Positions 1-8,990 of a stretch of 64,000 nt of DNA are shown here, in pieces. The position numbers and the translations under genes are program-made. The notes under the pieces are model-generated. The model worked only from the letters and a program-made list of their open reading frames with translations. It did not search any database and was not told the DNA's origin. Every line of letters begins with the position of its first letter. The first letter of the stretch is position 1. Source of the DNA: Clostridiales bacterium (GTDB taxonomy: Bacteria; Bacillota; Dehalobacteriia; UBA7702); contig JAXGQI010000004.1 in the NCBI GenBank assembly GCA_040766525.1, positions 9,869 through 73,868 on the forward strand, given 5' to 3'.

Positions 1-1089
1 GGAATTGATAAAGCGATTGGACGCGCTGGGGGCAATCCCCTTAATCGTATTTAAGCTCTGAATCACATTGCCGATATACTGCTTCGGATTATCCCGAAAA
101 TGGTCCAGCATTTCACAGCCCCTTAAACAACTGTCGCATTTACATTGCAAGCAGCGTTGGGCTTCCTCCAAAAGCTCTTCTTTACTGTACCCTGTGGCGT
201 CTTGCGGCACCACGGCATTTTTTGCCGGGATATCCGGGATGACCGTATGGAGTTTCGTATCCACCTGGCCTTCATATTCCCGATCGAGGATCAGGGAGGA
301 CGATTTCAAAAACCGCTCGATGGATTTTGCCACTTTTAAACCATCGGCAATGATCTGGGTGGGAGAAATCTCTTCCCCCTCTCCACGGATGATCTTGCCG
401 CCGACAAAAACACCGGGCTTGCCGCTTTCCAAAGAAATCGGGTTAAACTGCGGCTTCCCGTTCTCATAGAGCGGAATATCGTAACCATCGATACCGGCGG
501 CGATATAGAACACATCGCCTTCCAAAGCATCAATGTCTTTAATTTCTTGATTAAAATGGAAATGGATATCCTCCTCAGCAGGAATATTGCCAAAAACCTG
601 CTCCAAAAGAGCAGGCGGTAACAATTCTGCAGGGGACTGCCAAAGCGACCCACCGAGACGGTCGGTCTTCTCATATAAATGAATGGTATATCCTTTCCGA
701 GAAAGGTTCAGCGCCATACTCAAGCCCGCCAAACCACCGCCGATCACAACGATTTTCCCCGCTTTTTCCGGCATGGAAAAACGCGCCAACGGCCGCTTTC
801 TGGCGTGGTCACATATCCCTTTTTCTACCGCCCGCAAGTCAATAGCCATGTCCAGCTTACGGCGAATACACGCTGTTCCGCAAGGGGCATTGCAGGTACG
901 GCTGACAATCTCCGGGAACATGACCTGGCTGCGATAGGCTTTATAAGCCCCATTCAAATCTTCCCGTAGGATCTTATCGATCATTCCCCGAACATCCACA
1001 TGGAGCGGACAGGCATTGGTGCAATACACCACTTCTTCCGCTACGCATTTCGGGGCTTCATTGGTAATGTCTCTTTCATTCATCATCAT
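1..1089 (-). CDS. Fe-S cluster-containing FAD/NAD(P)-binding oxidoreductase (GltD / pyridine-nucleotide-disulfide-oxidoreductase-like); 3' end runs off the window
   Basis: Absent from the ORF track because it has no stop in the window. My minus-strand translation from ATG 1089 stays open to position 1 (363 codons). Cys motifs CTNACPLH and CNAPCGTAC, dinucleotide fold KIVVIGGGLAGLSMA, C-terminal CLQCKCDSCLRGC. Confidence 0.7.
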   Translation of the reverse strand, partial: MMMNERDITNEAPKCVAEEVVYCTNACPLHVDVRGMIDKILREDLNGAYKAYRSQVMFPEIVSRTCNAPCGTACIRRKLDMAIDLRAVEKGICDHARKRPLARFSMPEKAGKIVVIGGGLAGLSMALNLSRKGYTIHLYEKTDRLGGSLWQSPAELLPPALLEQVFGNIPAEEDIHFHFNQEIKDIDALEGDVFYIAAGIDGYDIPLYENGKPQFNPISLESGKPGVFVGGKIIRGEGEEISPTQIIADGLKVAKSIERFLKSSSLILDREYEGQVDTKLHTVIPDIPAKNAVVPQDATGYSKEELLEEAQRCLQCKCDSCLRGCEMLDHFRDNPKQYIGNVIQSLNTIKGIAPSASNRFINS

Positions 1090-1172
1090 TTTTTCCGTAT
1101 TTAGTAATTCACCTGCCCGCCATAAAGGGGGCAGGTGAATCTACTATCTTGTTTCAATTGTTTTTTCGCTTT

Positions 1173-4010
1173 TTATTTCAGGACGATCAGCGGATTTCTC
1201 TTGATATCTTCAATTCTTTCATGAAGATCACAACCAAGATAATATTTCTTCGAAACGATCTTTTCGCCGCGAGCCAATGTATCCAAACCTGCTTTGACCC
1301 GATCGGGAGTCGCAGGCAATTCATAGATCCGCACGCCGGTAGCATTGTGGATCGCATTCAAGATCGCAGCATGGGGAGCCGAGAGATAAAGCTCGGCGCA
1401 ACCGACGGAACCATGCGGTCCGGTAGGACGATAGGATTCCACATAGTCGATATCCAAGTTATCCGGAACATCTTCGATGAAGGGCAAGCCGCAAGCTACG
1501 AGAGATGTATGTTTTTGAACATCATCATAATTTTCGCTCAAAGCAAGACCGATCCCTTGGGCAAGACCGCCGTAAGCCTGGCCGTCTGCTGCCTGGCGGG
1601 AGCTGACAACACCGATGTCACCAATGGCGGTCATGCCGACAACCTTGGTTTTCCCGGTAGCAACATCAACTTCCACTTCGGACATGAATACGCCGTAAGT
1701 GAATTCAGCGGTATGCTTCCCTTGGCCGTTGTTCCAGTTCAAGTCTTCGGTCAAGCCGGAGGTATCGGCAATACCGATATACTTGGTGGGGATCCCTTCG
1801 GCAACCATTTCATCATAGGTGCGGAAAGATCCGTCTTCCTTCTTCATGGCAGCCATCAATTTATTGGCTGCATCAATGGTCGCATTCCCGTTCATATAGT
1901 TGGAACGGCTACCTGCTGCAGGACCGGAGGCAGGGCAGAGGGCAGTATCGTTCTGAACCAATTTGATCTGATCCGGGGTCAATCCCAACGGACGGAGACA
2001 TTCATGGGTATGAACCAAGGTACCGATGTCGCCGCCTTGGCCCTGATCTTCCCAGGTATTGAAATGGGTCACAGTGCCGTCGGCATTCAATTCCAAGGCA
2101 ACTTCGGAATGGTCATTGGGGCCGGCAGTAACATTGTACATACCGCAAGCAATCCCGACGCCACGGCGTTTTTCCGGGGTGTCTTCAGCTTTTGCCCGTT
2201 CCAAAGCGGCTTTATATTTGGGACGGAGACGATCCAAGATTTCAACCATCGGATAAACATCCAAGGTATGACCGTTAATGGTCTTATCTCCATCACGATA
2301 TACGTTTTTATAACGAAGTTCCAAGGGATCCATGCCCATCTTTTCTGCCAATTCGTCCATCAACTGTTCGGAAGCCGGGAAAATCTGGGGCGAACCGAAA
2401 GATCTGAAAGAAGTGGTGAAGCAATGGTTGGTGCAAACCGCCTTGGAAAGACCGATTGCATTCGGAATCACATAAGGAGCACACATGAAGCGAATCCCCT
2501 TGGTGATAACGCGGCAAACTTCCGAATAGGAACCTTTATCATAAGCAACGTCGAATTCGATGGCTTGGATCTTTCCTTCTTCGTCGGCAGCGATCTTTAA
2601 ATTGGTGAAACCGGGCGCCCGTTTGCCGGTGAAATGATTATGTTCCGCATAGCTGAACTGGAGGCAGCAGGGACGGCCGGTAGCGATAGTAGCAACAGCG
2701 GTCAACGCTGTAGCCGAAGGAGAAATCGCATAACCGAAGCTGGCGCCGGTGGGGTTTTCGATCAAGCGAACCTGATCCGGTTTCAAACCGATACCGGGGC
2801 ACATCGCGGTCAAAGTCGCATTCAAAGCAAGGCTCTTACAATGGACGGTCAAGCGGCCTTCTTCATCATAATAACCCAAAGATACATCGGGTTCGAGAAC
2901 AAGGTGGGGCTGACGCTGGGTGCGGAAGCTGCCTTCTACAACGTAGGGGGCACTTTCCATGATTTCTTCCGTATCTCCACCGGTGATCACAGGCAATTCA
3001 AAATAGATATTAGGAGTGCCTTTATGGATTTCCATTGCATCTTCCGCCATGGAATCCAAAGCATTCATATATTCCGGCAACTGTTCATAGTTGACTTTGA
3101 CTTTTTTCGCCGCTTCTCTGGCATGTTCTCTCGAATCAGCGGCAACCAAAGCGCAAACATCACCATAACGGAAAATGGTATCTTCTACCAAGATCGGGCG
3201 TTCTGCACCATCGGTTTTGGCAACGGGATTGCCCGGGGGCAAAACGATCCGGTTGGTGCCTTTAACATCTTTATAGGTAATGATCTTTTCAACGCCGGGC
3301 ATTTTTTCGGCTTCGGCGCTGTCGATCGAGATAACGCGGGCATGGGAAGTGCCGGCTTGTACAACAGCAAGATGCAGAGCATAACCATCCGGCAATTTGT
3401 CATTGATATCGGCGCCGAAATCGCAAAGACCGGTAACTTTGGACAATGCAGCGGGCCGCGGGAAATGCGTATTATAGATTCTGCCGTCTTCCGGAAGTTT
3501 GAATTCCAAATCAGCCATGGTTTTTTCGCCCCGCATTACTTCAGCGGCAGCCATGGTTGCGTCAACAAGGGGCTTGTACCCTGTGCAGCGGCAAGCATTG
3601 CGATGTTTTTGGAACCAAGCACGAACTTCTTCTCTGGTAGGATTGAGGTTTTCCTGCAAAAGGCCATAAGCGGATACGATAAAGCCGGGGGTGCAGAAAC
3701 CGCACTGTACGCCGCCATAAACGATCCAAGCCAATTGGATGGGATGCAAATTCTGGGGAGTTCCGATACCTTCAATCGTAATGATATTGGCATATTCCGG
3801 AACCGCCTTCATTTTTTTCACACAAGCTCTGGTCACTTTCCCGTCCAAAATAACGGAACAAGCGCCACACTGACCGGTACCGCAACCCACTTTGGTGCCG
3901 GTGAGGCCCAATCTGCGCAATACCATTGCCAGATTGTCTTTTTCAGGATCGCATACTAAAATACGATCAACACCGTTGATGTTGAGAAACATCTTCTTTA
4001 GATAACCCAT
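1173..4010 (-). CDS. Molybdopterin-dependent aldehyde oxidoreductase / xanthine-dehydrogenase-family hydroxylase with fused N-terminal 2x[2Fe-2S] domain (Mop-like)
   Basis: ORF 1173..4166, start trimmed to ATG 4010 (MGYLKKMFLNINGVD) behind GAAAGGA. [2Fe-2S] motifs GCGTGQCGACSV and CGFCTPG, then a roughly 780-aa Mo-cofactor domain. Confidence 0.85.
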   Translation of the reverse strand: MGYLKKMFLNINGVDRILVCDPEKDNLAMVLRRLGLTGTKVGCGTGQCGACSVILDGKVTRACVKKMKAVPEYANIITIEGIGTPQNLHPIQLAWIVYGGVQCGFCTPGFIVSAYGLLQENLNPTREEVRAWFQKHRNACRCTGYKPLVDATMAAAEVMRGEKTMADLEFKLPEDGRIYNTHFPRPAALSKVTGLCDFGADINDKLPDGYALHLAVVQAGTSHARVISIDSAEAEKMPGVEKIITYKDVKGTNRIVLPPGNPVAKTDGAERPILVEDTIFRYGDVCALVAADSREHAREAAKKVKVNYEQLPEYMNALDSMAEDAMEIHKGTPNIYFELPVITGGDTEEIMESAPYVVEGSFRTQRQPHLVLEPDVSLGYYDEEGRLTVHCKSLALNATLTAMCPGIGLKPDQVRLIENPTGASFGYAISPSATALTAVATIATGRPCCLQFSYAEHNHFTGKRAPGFTNLKIAADEEGKIQAIEFDVAYDKGSYSEVCRVITKGIRFMCAPYVIPNAIGLSKAVCTNHCFTTSFRSFGSPQIFPASEQLMDELAEKMGMDPLELRYKNVYRDGDKTINGHTLDVYPMVEILDRLRPKYKAALERAKAEDTPEKRRGVGIACGMYNVTAGPNDHSEVALELNADGTVTHFNTWEDQGQGGDIGTLVHTHECLRPLGLTPDQIKLVQNDTALCPASGPAAGSRSNYMNGNATIDAANKLMAAMKKEDGSFRTYDEMVAEGIPTKYIGIADTSGLTEDLNWNNGQGKHTAEFTYGVFMSEVEVDVATGKTKVVGMTAIGDIGVVSSRQAADGQAYGGLAQGIGLALSENYDDVQKHTSLVACGLPFIEDVPDNLDIDYVESYRPTGPHGSVGCAELYLSAPHAAILNAIHNATGVRIYELPATPDRVKAGLDTLARGEKIVSKKYYLGCDLHERIEDIKRNPLIVLK

Positions 4011-4346
4011 CTCTCTTCGTCCTTTCTCTTTTCGAAATTGAAAAAATGCAACCAAAAGCAAAAGACAACGATGATATGAGAAATTTCTCTCTGAATACCA
4101 TTTAGCCGCTACCATCTGTCGATCGGGGAGAATCAAAAGATACCACCGGCGCTTGTCTTTTGCCAAATCTACAGGATAGAATTATCTTTTCCAATCCCGC
4201 ACAACATATCCATATTTAAGATCGATATGCTATTGATGCTTTTTTCGCTAGCTTAATCATATACTCTGCTTCCCTCTTTCGTCAAGCCCTGTTTTAGATT
4301 TTTAGCAAAAAGCCTGTCAATGAAAGGGACTCCTTAAAGAAATGTC

Positions 4347-4374
4347 ACTTTTACCGTTCTCAACTCATAAAATA
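4347..4374 (+). promoter_or_regulatory. Possible sigma-K-type sporulation promoter (AC-N17-CATAaaaTA) upstream of the collagen-like gene
   Basis: AC at 4347-4348, 17-nt spacer, CATAAAATA at 4366-4374, about 45 nt upstream of ATG 4418. Pattern match only. Confidence 0.2.
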
Positions 4375-4417
4375 GAAGGTACAAAGTGTACAAGATTCTT
4401 CCAAAGGAGGAAGCTCC

Positions 4418-5112
4418 ATGAGAAACAACATCCTTATTTTGTCAATGCTTGCCCCTATCCACGGCCGGATGGGGAAAAAGAAGACAAGATTTCAGATTAT
4501 AAACAAAAGAGTTACTCATTTTGCGGACCGGAAGGGCCCCAAGGCCCGCAGGGACCCCAAGGGCTGCAAGGCCCACCGGGACCCCGCGGCCGCCAAGGCG
4601 TTCCCGGGGTGCGAGAGGGCCCTCTAAGGCATCCAAGGTCCATGCGGCTGCCCGGGACCGAAAGGCGTCAGGTTCCGGCTTGCGCCAGGGACTGCAAATC
4701 AACCTCACTACCCCAATTTTAGAGCAGAACAAACGGCGGTTTCCGAAAATGCCCCGCTGATTCTGGGAAGCCGATCATACGATCATCGGCGATCATATTA
4801 CTCTTATGATGAGGAAAATCATCGCATCCTCCTGAATGAAGCCGGCGTCTATATCCTATTTTGGAGCCTAAGTCTTTACAGCCATTCGGAAAATGCACTA
4901 TTACCACAGGAAGGAAAAAACGGCCATTCTTACGCCAGAAGTGGAATTGCCAACGAAGAAAACGGACTCACTGCTGGTCACGCTTTCCGCGTTGGATCAT
5001 TGAGGAACCGGAAGAACTTTCCTTTATCAACCGGACAAAAGCAGAACGATTTTGCGCTATACCGGTGATAAGGAAAATATGATCGCAGGCACAATCTCCT
5101 GCTATCAACTAA
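4418..5112 (+). pseudogene. Collagen-like (Gly-X-Y) exosporium/BclA-type protein with a C1q/TNF-like C-terminal domain, broken by several frameshifts
   Basis: Strong RBS AGGAGG then ATG 4418. The Gly-X-Y run GPEGPQGPQGPQGLQGPPGPRGRQGVPGV is in a +1 frame and continues as GIQGPCGCPGPKG in another. The globular tail (HRILLNEAGVYILFWSLSL, GTISCYQLI) is spread over three frames. Triple stop TAATAATGA at 5110-5118. End coordinate approximate. Confidence 0.6.
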
Positions 5113-5246
5113 TAATGAAGCGGCTTTTCTCGCTATGTAAAGCTAACGAAAACCTATTATTCGGCAAACCGCTGAACTGGATAAAAAGCTCCCAAGGCAA
5201 AGTAACTTTTACCGTCTGCGAAAAACGGACATTGAAAAGAATCAAA

Positions 5247-6500
5247 TGGTCATGGTATAATAAACTGACAGAAAAGAAAAGCGCGGAAAGGCGGAAAGGG
5301 AGTTCGAAGCCGGTAAAACGAGCAGTATATGACAAGCAATTTAAAGCTGCTGCAAAACTGGCACAAGGAACAATCAATGGTTACGCAAACAGCCATTGAT
5401 CTGGGAATCAGCGCAGTAGTCTGCAGATGGATCAACGAATATGATGAATATGGAGAAAGTAAGTGCTTCAGGCATGGGAACGCACTTTTTGTAACTCTAC
5501 GTATGAAATCAAGAACTACAAAAGCAAATTGATGATTTAAAAAATGGAGAACGAAATACTAAAAAAACTCCAGGCCTTCTTGAAAGTAAAGAATGTGTGA
5601 GGTTCCAGTTTCTAAAAGAAAATCAAAAGAAGACAATATTCAGAAGGAACAAAATTTTGGAAGAAGATCTCACGCAGCGGTTAAGCTATGATTATCTGAA
5701 ACGTCGAAAAGTAAACGTGCGATTGAAATGAAAGTGCTATCGGAAATGATCGAAGACATTTTCCATGAAAACAAAGGGCGTTATGGTGCAAGGCGTATAC
5801 AAAAGGTATTGGAACAAGAATATCAAGCGTCAAATCAAAAGAGTTTCCCGCTTAATGAGTGAACATGGTTTAATTGAAAAAAGGGACGCGAAAAATTTAT
5901 CGGTATCAGGCAAACAAAAACGCTTATGATGAAAAAGAAAAATATCCTTAATCAAGTATTCAAAGCAAATGAAAGAAATCAGATATGGGTCGGCGACATC
6001 ACATACATCCCAACAAAACACGGTTGGCTTTATTTGGCTGTTTTCATTGATATTTTTCTCGTGTTGCAACGGGATGGGCTATGGATACCAGAGTTCGTGT
6101 GATATATTGGCTTTACCGGCACTTAATCAGGGGCCGTGTTGGCAGAGAACATCCCACAGAGGGATTGATCATTCATACAGACCGGGGATCCCAATATGCT
6201 ATCTCAGCTTTCAGTCTGCGTGTATCTGTTACGGATTCCGACAAAGTATGAGTCGTAAAGAAATCCTTATGACAACGCAATTATGGAATCGTTCACCGTA
6301 CTTTTAAAAGAGAGCTTGTTCAGGATGCAAAATATGACAACCCTGAACAAGCTCGCATGGATATCTTTAAATATATTGAGACTATTACAATACTAAATTC
6401 AGACATCTATTCGGCCCTCAATTGGCTTTCTCCAACTCAATTTGAGGCCCAGTATGTTTAATTAACCTTAATTCTCTGTCCATTTTTCTTGACCTTTCCA
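5247..6500 (+). mobile_element. IS3-family insertion sequence (about 1.25 kb); transposase reading frames heavily disrupted
   Basis: OrfA-like HTH (VTQTAIDLGISAVVCRWINEYDEYGE). OrfB-like DDE motifs ([47 protein letters not shown]) scattered over all three frames. Imperfect roughly 30-bp terminal inverted repeats starting TGG at 5247 and 6500. Confidence 0.7.
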
Positions 6501-7235
6501 GTTAGGGTCTTCTTTTCCCGTCCTTTTTATTTCGGGGCAGTACATTTCACCTTTTGTACTGCCATTGGGGGCTTCGTTTATAAAACCTTCGGCAATCGGA
6601 TTTGCCCCACAACGATCAATCGAGAGATTTGCCTTTTTAGACCTTAGGGGACTTTAAGAAATGGCGACGAAAGTCGCCTACAAGCCGCTCTATATCCTGC
6701 CGAAATGCCTGGCAAGCATCGAGAAAGGCAGCGCTCCGGTGTGAGGAAGGAACCATGACCCCGGCCGGTCTCCCGATTGATCAGGAGAATCCAAGATTTC
6801 TCCTCCACTTTATTTAAGGATTACGCCTTTACTATAGGCCATACCCATCGCTTCTGCCGTTTTTAAAAGCAGGAACCGCTTTTGCACGCCTTTCAGGAGA
6901 CTGGCAATCCCGGGCCTGAATTCACCAAAACGGTCCCCGGTATAATGCACAAACGAAAACCGTACTCCAAATCCTTCATGGGTCCACCTCCTATTGCCTC
7001 CGTACCAATATCTTTATATATTCCGATTCCCCTCTTGCCGTTTCTCCTGCCGGAATATTACAATTATTCTCCATATTTGTGTAAGAATATCCCATTCTCC
7101 TTCACAACGGCAGCCCAAGCAAGATTTCAGCGCCGATTCGCCAAAAACTTCTTTGTTTAAGCACAAAAATCTCATAATTCGACCTGCTCAAAGCGATGCA
7201 AGCCAAAAGAGAGCACGGCCTTTCCCCCGAAAAAC

Positions 7236-7282
7236 TTGACAAAAGGAGAAAGAATGGTTAATAATTAGTTTGCCAAACTAAT
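7236..7282 (+). promoter_or_regulatory. Sigma-A-type promoter plus 19-bp perfect palindromic operator upstream of the fab regulator
   Basis: TTGACA 7236-7241, AATAAT about 18 nt downstream. ATTAGTTTGcCAAACTAAT at 7264-7282 overlaps the -10/+1 region, resembling FabT/MarR operators. Confidence 0.45.
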
Positions 7283-7305
7283 ATATTACAGGGAGGCGAC
7301 AAATC

Positions 7306-7778
7306 ATGACGGATCCTTTTGATAAACATCTCAATGACATTTTGGTGGATACTTTCCATGTCATTTTGAAGGCTAAAAGAAGAAGCATCAAGAATTGCGG
7401 TGAATCGGACTTATCCATCAATGAAATGCATTTGCTGAATCAGCGGAAAAAGATTCCGACGGCGGCCGCACGATCAGCGACATCGCTCAGGATCTGAACA
7501 TTACATTACCTTCTGTCACCGTCGCCATCAATAAACTGGTCCGTAAAGGTTATGTGAAAAAAGCGCGTAGTGAAAACGACGCCCGGATGGTCTATGTCAT
7601 TTTAACGGAAAAAGGCAATAAGATGCTGACGACCCACAATTATTTTCACCAGCAGATGGTGCGCAGCATCAGTACAGGATTAACAGAAGAAGAAAAACAT
7701 GTATTGTCTCAGGCCATCAAAAAACTGAACCAATTTTTTAGACAACAATCAGACAACTGGAGGCAAAATGAGTTTTAA
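7306..7778 (+). CDS. MarR-family transcriptional regulator (FabT-like), apparent 1-nt frameshift near 7441-7452
   Basis: ORFs 7306..7497 and 7554..7778 join as ...LSINEMHLLN / AEKDSDGGRTISDIAQDLNITLPSVTVAINKLVRKGYVKKARSENDAR... (winged HTH) once the frame is shifted. Sits first in the fab cluster and overlaps the fabH start. Confidence 0.75.
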
Positions 7779-8697
7779 AATTGTTGGCACCGGCAGCGCT
7801 TTGCCTGCCGCTATCGTTACCAACGACGATTTGGCTAAAATTGTCGATACCAGCGATGAGTGGATCAAAACCCGAACGGGCATCTGTGAACGGCATATTA
7901 TTCGGGAAGAAACCTTGACGGATCTGGCTGCCGAAGCAGCGCAAAAGGCTTTAGAAGAGGCAGGAATCCAACCGGAAGAACTCGATTTGATCTTATGCGC
8001 AACTTTGGAAGGAGACTTTATCGTTCCGTCCTTAGCCTGCACCGTCCAAGCGCGGATCGGCGCTCGTTGCCCAGCGATGGATATCGGAGCCGCTTGCACC
8101 GGTTTCCTTTACGCTTTAGATGTGGCAGCCGCCTATTTTGCTGCGGACAAAGCCGAAAAAGTTTTAGTGATCGGCGCCGAACATCTTTCCCGTTTTATTG
8201 ATTTTACCGACAGAAGCACCTGCGTTCTCTTTGGAGACGGCGCAGGAGCCGTCGTTCTGACACCGGGAGAAAGTTTAAAGTTCTTATCTGTATGGGCCAA
8301 AGGTAAATCGGAACCCCTCAATATCCCGGCGTCCCATAAAAATCCTTATATTCAGATGAACGGACAGGAAATTTTCCGCTTTGCGGTTACCACCGTTCTT
8401 ACTAATATCAAACAAGCGTTAAAAGAAACGGGCTTGACAGCGGAAGACATTGATTGTTACCTCTTACATCAGGCCAATGGACGGATCATTGAGGAAGTGC
8501 AAAACCGCCTCAAGCTCCCGCAAGAAAAACTTCCGCAAAATCTCGCCCGGCGCGGCAATACATCCGCCGCCTGCATCCCTTTGCTCCTCGATGAGCTGAA
8601 CCGCAGTAATCGCTTCAAAATAGGAGACACGCTGCTCCTGGCCGCTTTCGGCGGAGGTTTAACCTCCGGAGTTTGCGTTTTGAACTGGGAAAAATAA
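7768..8697 (+). CDS. fabH: 3-oxoacyl-ACP synthase III
   Basis: 309-aa ORF; MSFKIVGTGSALPAAIVTNDDLAKIVDTSDEWIKTRTGI and active-site context GAACTGF. Confidence 0.9.
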   Translation: MSFKIVGTGSALPAAIVTNDDLAKIVDTSDEWIKTRTGICERHIIREETLTDLAAEAAQKALEEAGIQPEELDLILCATLEGDFIVPSLACTVQARIGARCPAMDIGAACTGFLYALDVAAAYFAADKAEKVLVIGAEHLSRFIDFTDRSTCVLFGDGAGAVVLTPGESLKFLSVWAKGKSEPLNIPASHKNPYIQMNGQEIFRFAVTTVLTNIKQALKETGLTAEDIDCYLLHQANGRIIEEVQNRLKLPQEKLPQNLARRGNTSAACIPLLLDELNRSNRFKIGDTLLLAAFGGGLTSGVCVLNWEK

Positions 8698-8767
8698 ATC
8701 GCGGTGTGCTCCATAAAATAAATAAAAACAATAACAGAATTTATTATCACATTTGGGAGGATTAAAC

Positions 8768-8986
8768 ATGACTTTTGAAAAAGTGATCGCCATTTTAGCA
8801 GACCAGAAAGATTTGGACCCGAAAGAGATCACCATGGAATCCAGCTTTGCAGATTTGGGATTCGATTCCCTCGACACCGTTGTACTGATCATGGCCTTTG
8901 AAGAAGAATTTGGCGTAAACTTAGAAGTTAGCGATGCCATCAAGACTATTGGCGATGTGGTCGAATTGATCGAAAAGGAAGCATAA
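8768..8986 (+). CDS. acpP: Acyl carrier protein
   Basis: ORF 8753..8986 trimmed to ATG 8768 behind GGGAGG. Phosphopantetheine-attachment motif LGFDSLD. Confidence 0.9.
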   Translation: MTFEKVIAILADQKDLDPKEITMESSFADLGFDSLDTVVLIMAFEEEFGVNLEVSDAIKTIGDVVELIEKEA

Positions 8987-8990
8987 TCCA

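Noticed and set aside
1149-3959. Long plus-strand ORFs (1149..2600, 483 aa; 2634..3959, 441 aa) opposite the Mo-hydroxylase gene
   Set aside because: They are antisense shadow ORFs of a high-confidence gene, with low-complexity, Gly/Arg/Phe-rich composition and no RBS. The same reasoning rejects 13550..14221(-), 20387..21097(-), 39931..40536(+), 58461..59081(+), 62916..63633(+) and similar entries in the track.
4521-4640. GC-rich triplet periodicity as a tandem repeat or CRISPR-like array
   Set aside because: It is the Gly-X-Y coding repeat of the collagen-like gene. There are no spacer/repeat units, and I saw no CRISPR array anywhere in the window.
5500-5560. The orfA/orfB frame change of the IS3 element as the normal programmed -1 frameshift (an intact element)
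   Set aside because: One frame change is expected for IS3 elements. This copy, however, has many additional stops and shifts within both orfA- and orfB-like regions, so it cannot be called intact. Some of these could still be assembly errors.
6882-7239. Plus-strand ORFs 6882..7160 and 6994..7239
   Set aside because: They have no RBS and a Pro/Ser/Phe-rich low-complexity composition. They lie in a degraded region whose better-looking coding signal is on the minus strand.
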